The notes under the pieces are model-generated. The model did no database searches and was not told where the DNA came from. It saw only the letters and a program-made list of their open reading frames with translations. Positions 63,950-64,000 of a DNA stretch of 64,000 nucleotides are shown piece by piece. The stretch is from Anaerolineae bacterium (lineage in GTDB: Bacteria > Chloroflexota > Anaerolineae > JAAYZQ01), in contig DAOTXL010000077.1 in the NCBI GenBank assembly GCA_034435455.1, positions 9,344 through 73,343 on the forward strand, read 5' to 3'. Positions within the stretch are counted from its first letter, which is position 1, and each line of letters begins with the position of its first letter. A program made the position numbers and the translations under genes.

Positions 63950-64000
63950 TGGTGGGCGGTACAGGACTTGAACCTGTGCCCTCCACGATGTCAACGTGGC
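63950..64000 (-). tRNA. tRNA-Val(GAC), 3' two-thirds (5' end outside the window)
   Basis: Anticodon arm CCACG-TTGACAT-CGTGG; T-arm ACAGG-TTCAAGT-CCTGT; encoded ACCA end. Confidence 0.93.

Overview
High-GC bacterial chromosomal segment, most likely Chloroflexota/Anaerolineae (inferred from the FLPLV-type C-terminal tails, a T-box on thrS and gene content). Every credible gene lies on the minus strand; the long plus-strand ORFs are antisense shadows. In transcription order (right to left): (1) tRNA-Val(GAC), Thr T-box, thrS, infC (ATC start), rpmI, rplT, a TrmH methylase and DUF711; (2) a ~42-kb cell-surface glycosylation locus with 7 GT4, 4 GT2 (two carrying PqqD/RRE-like N-terminal domains), 2 GT-C, Wzt without Wzm, MurJ, a sulfotransferase, 4 methyltransferases (one frameshifted), 2 radical SAM enzymes, an acyltransferase and a nucleotidyltransferase, together with secreted proteins and two tandem S-layer-like paralogues; (3) a ~16-kb apparent operon joining succinyl-CoA synthetase and 2-oxoglutarate:ferredoxin oxidoreductase (beta-gamma fused) to an unusual heterodisulfide-reductase set (NfnB-containing pseudo-HdrA, split HdrA, two MvhD, HdrD, HdrC, HdrB), ending in a nucleotide-sugar dehydrogenase cut by the window edge. 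Many REP-like and heptamer-based palindromes are present, some translated in frame. No CRISPR array, transposase or rRNA was seen. All annotations come from motif recognition by eye; no database searches were run.
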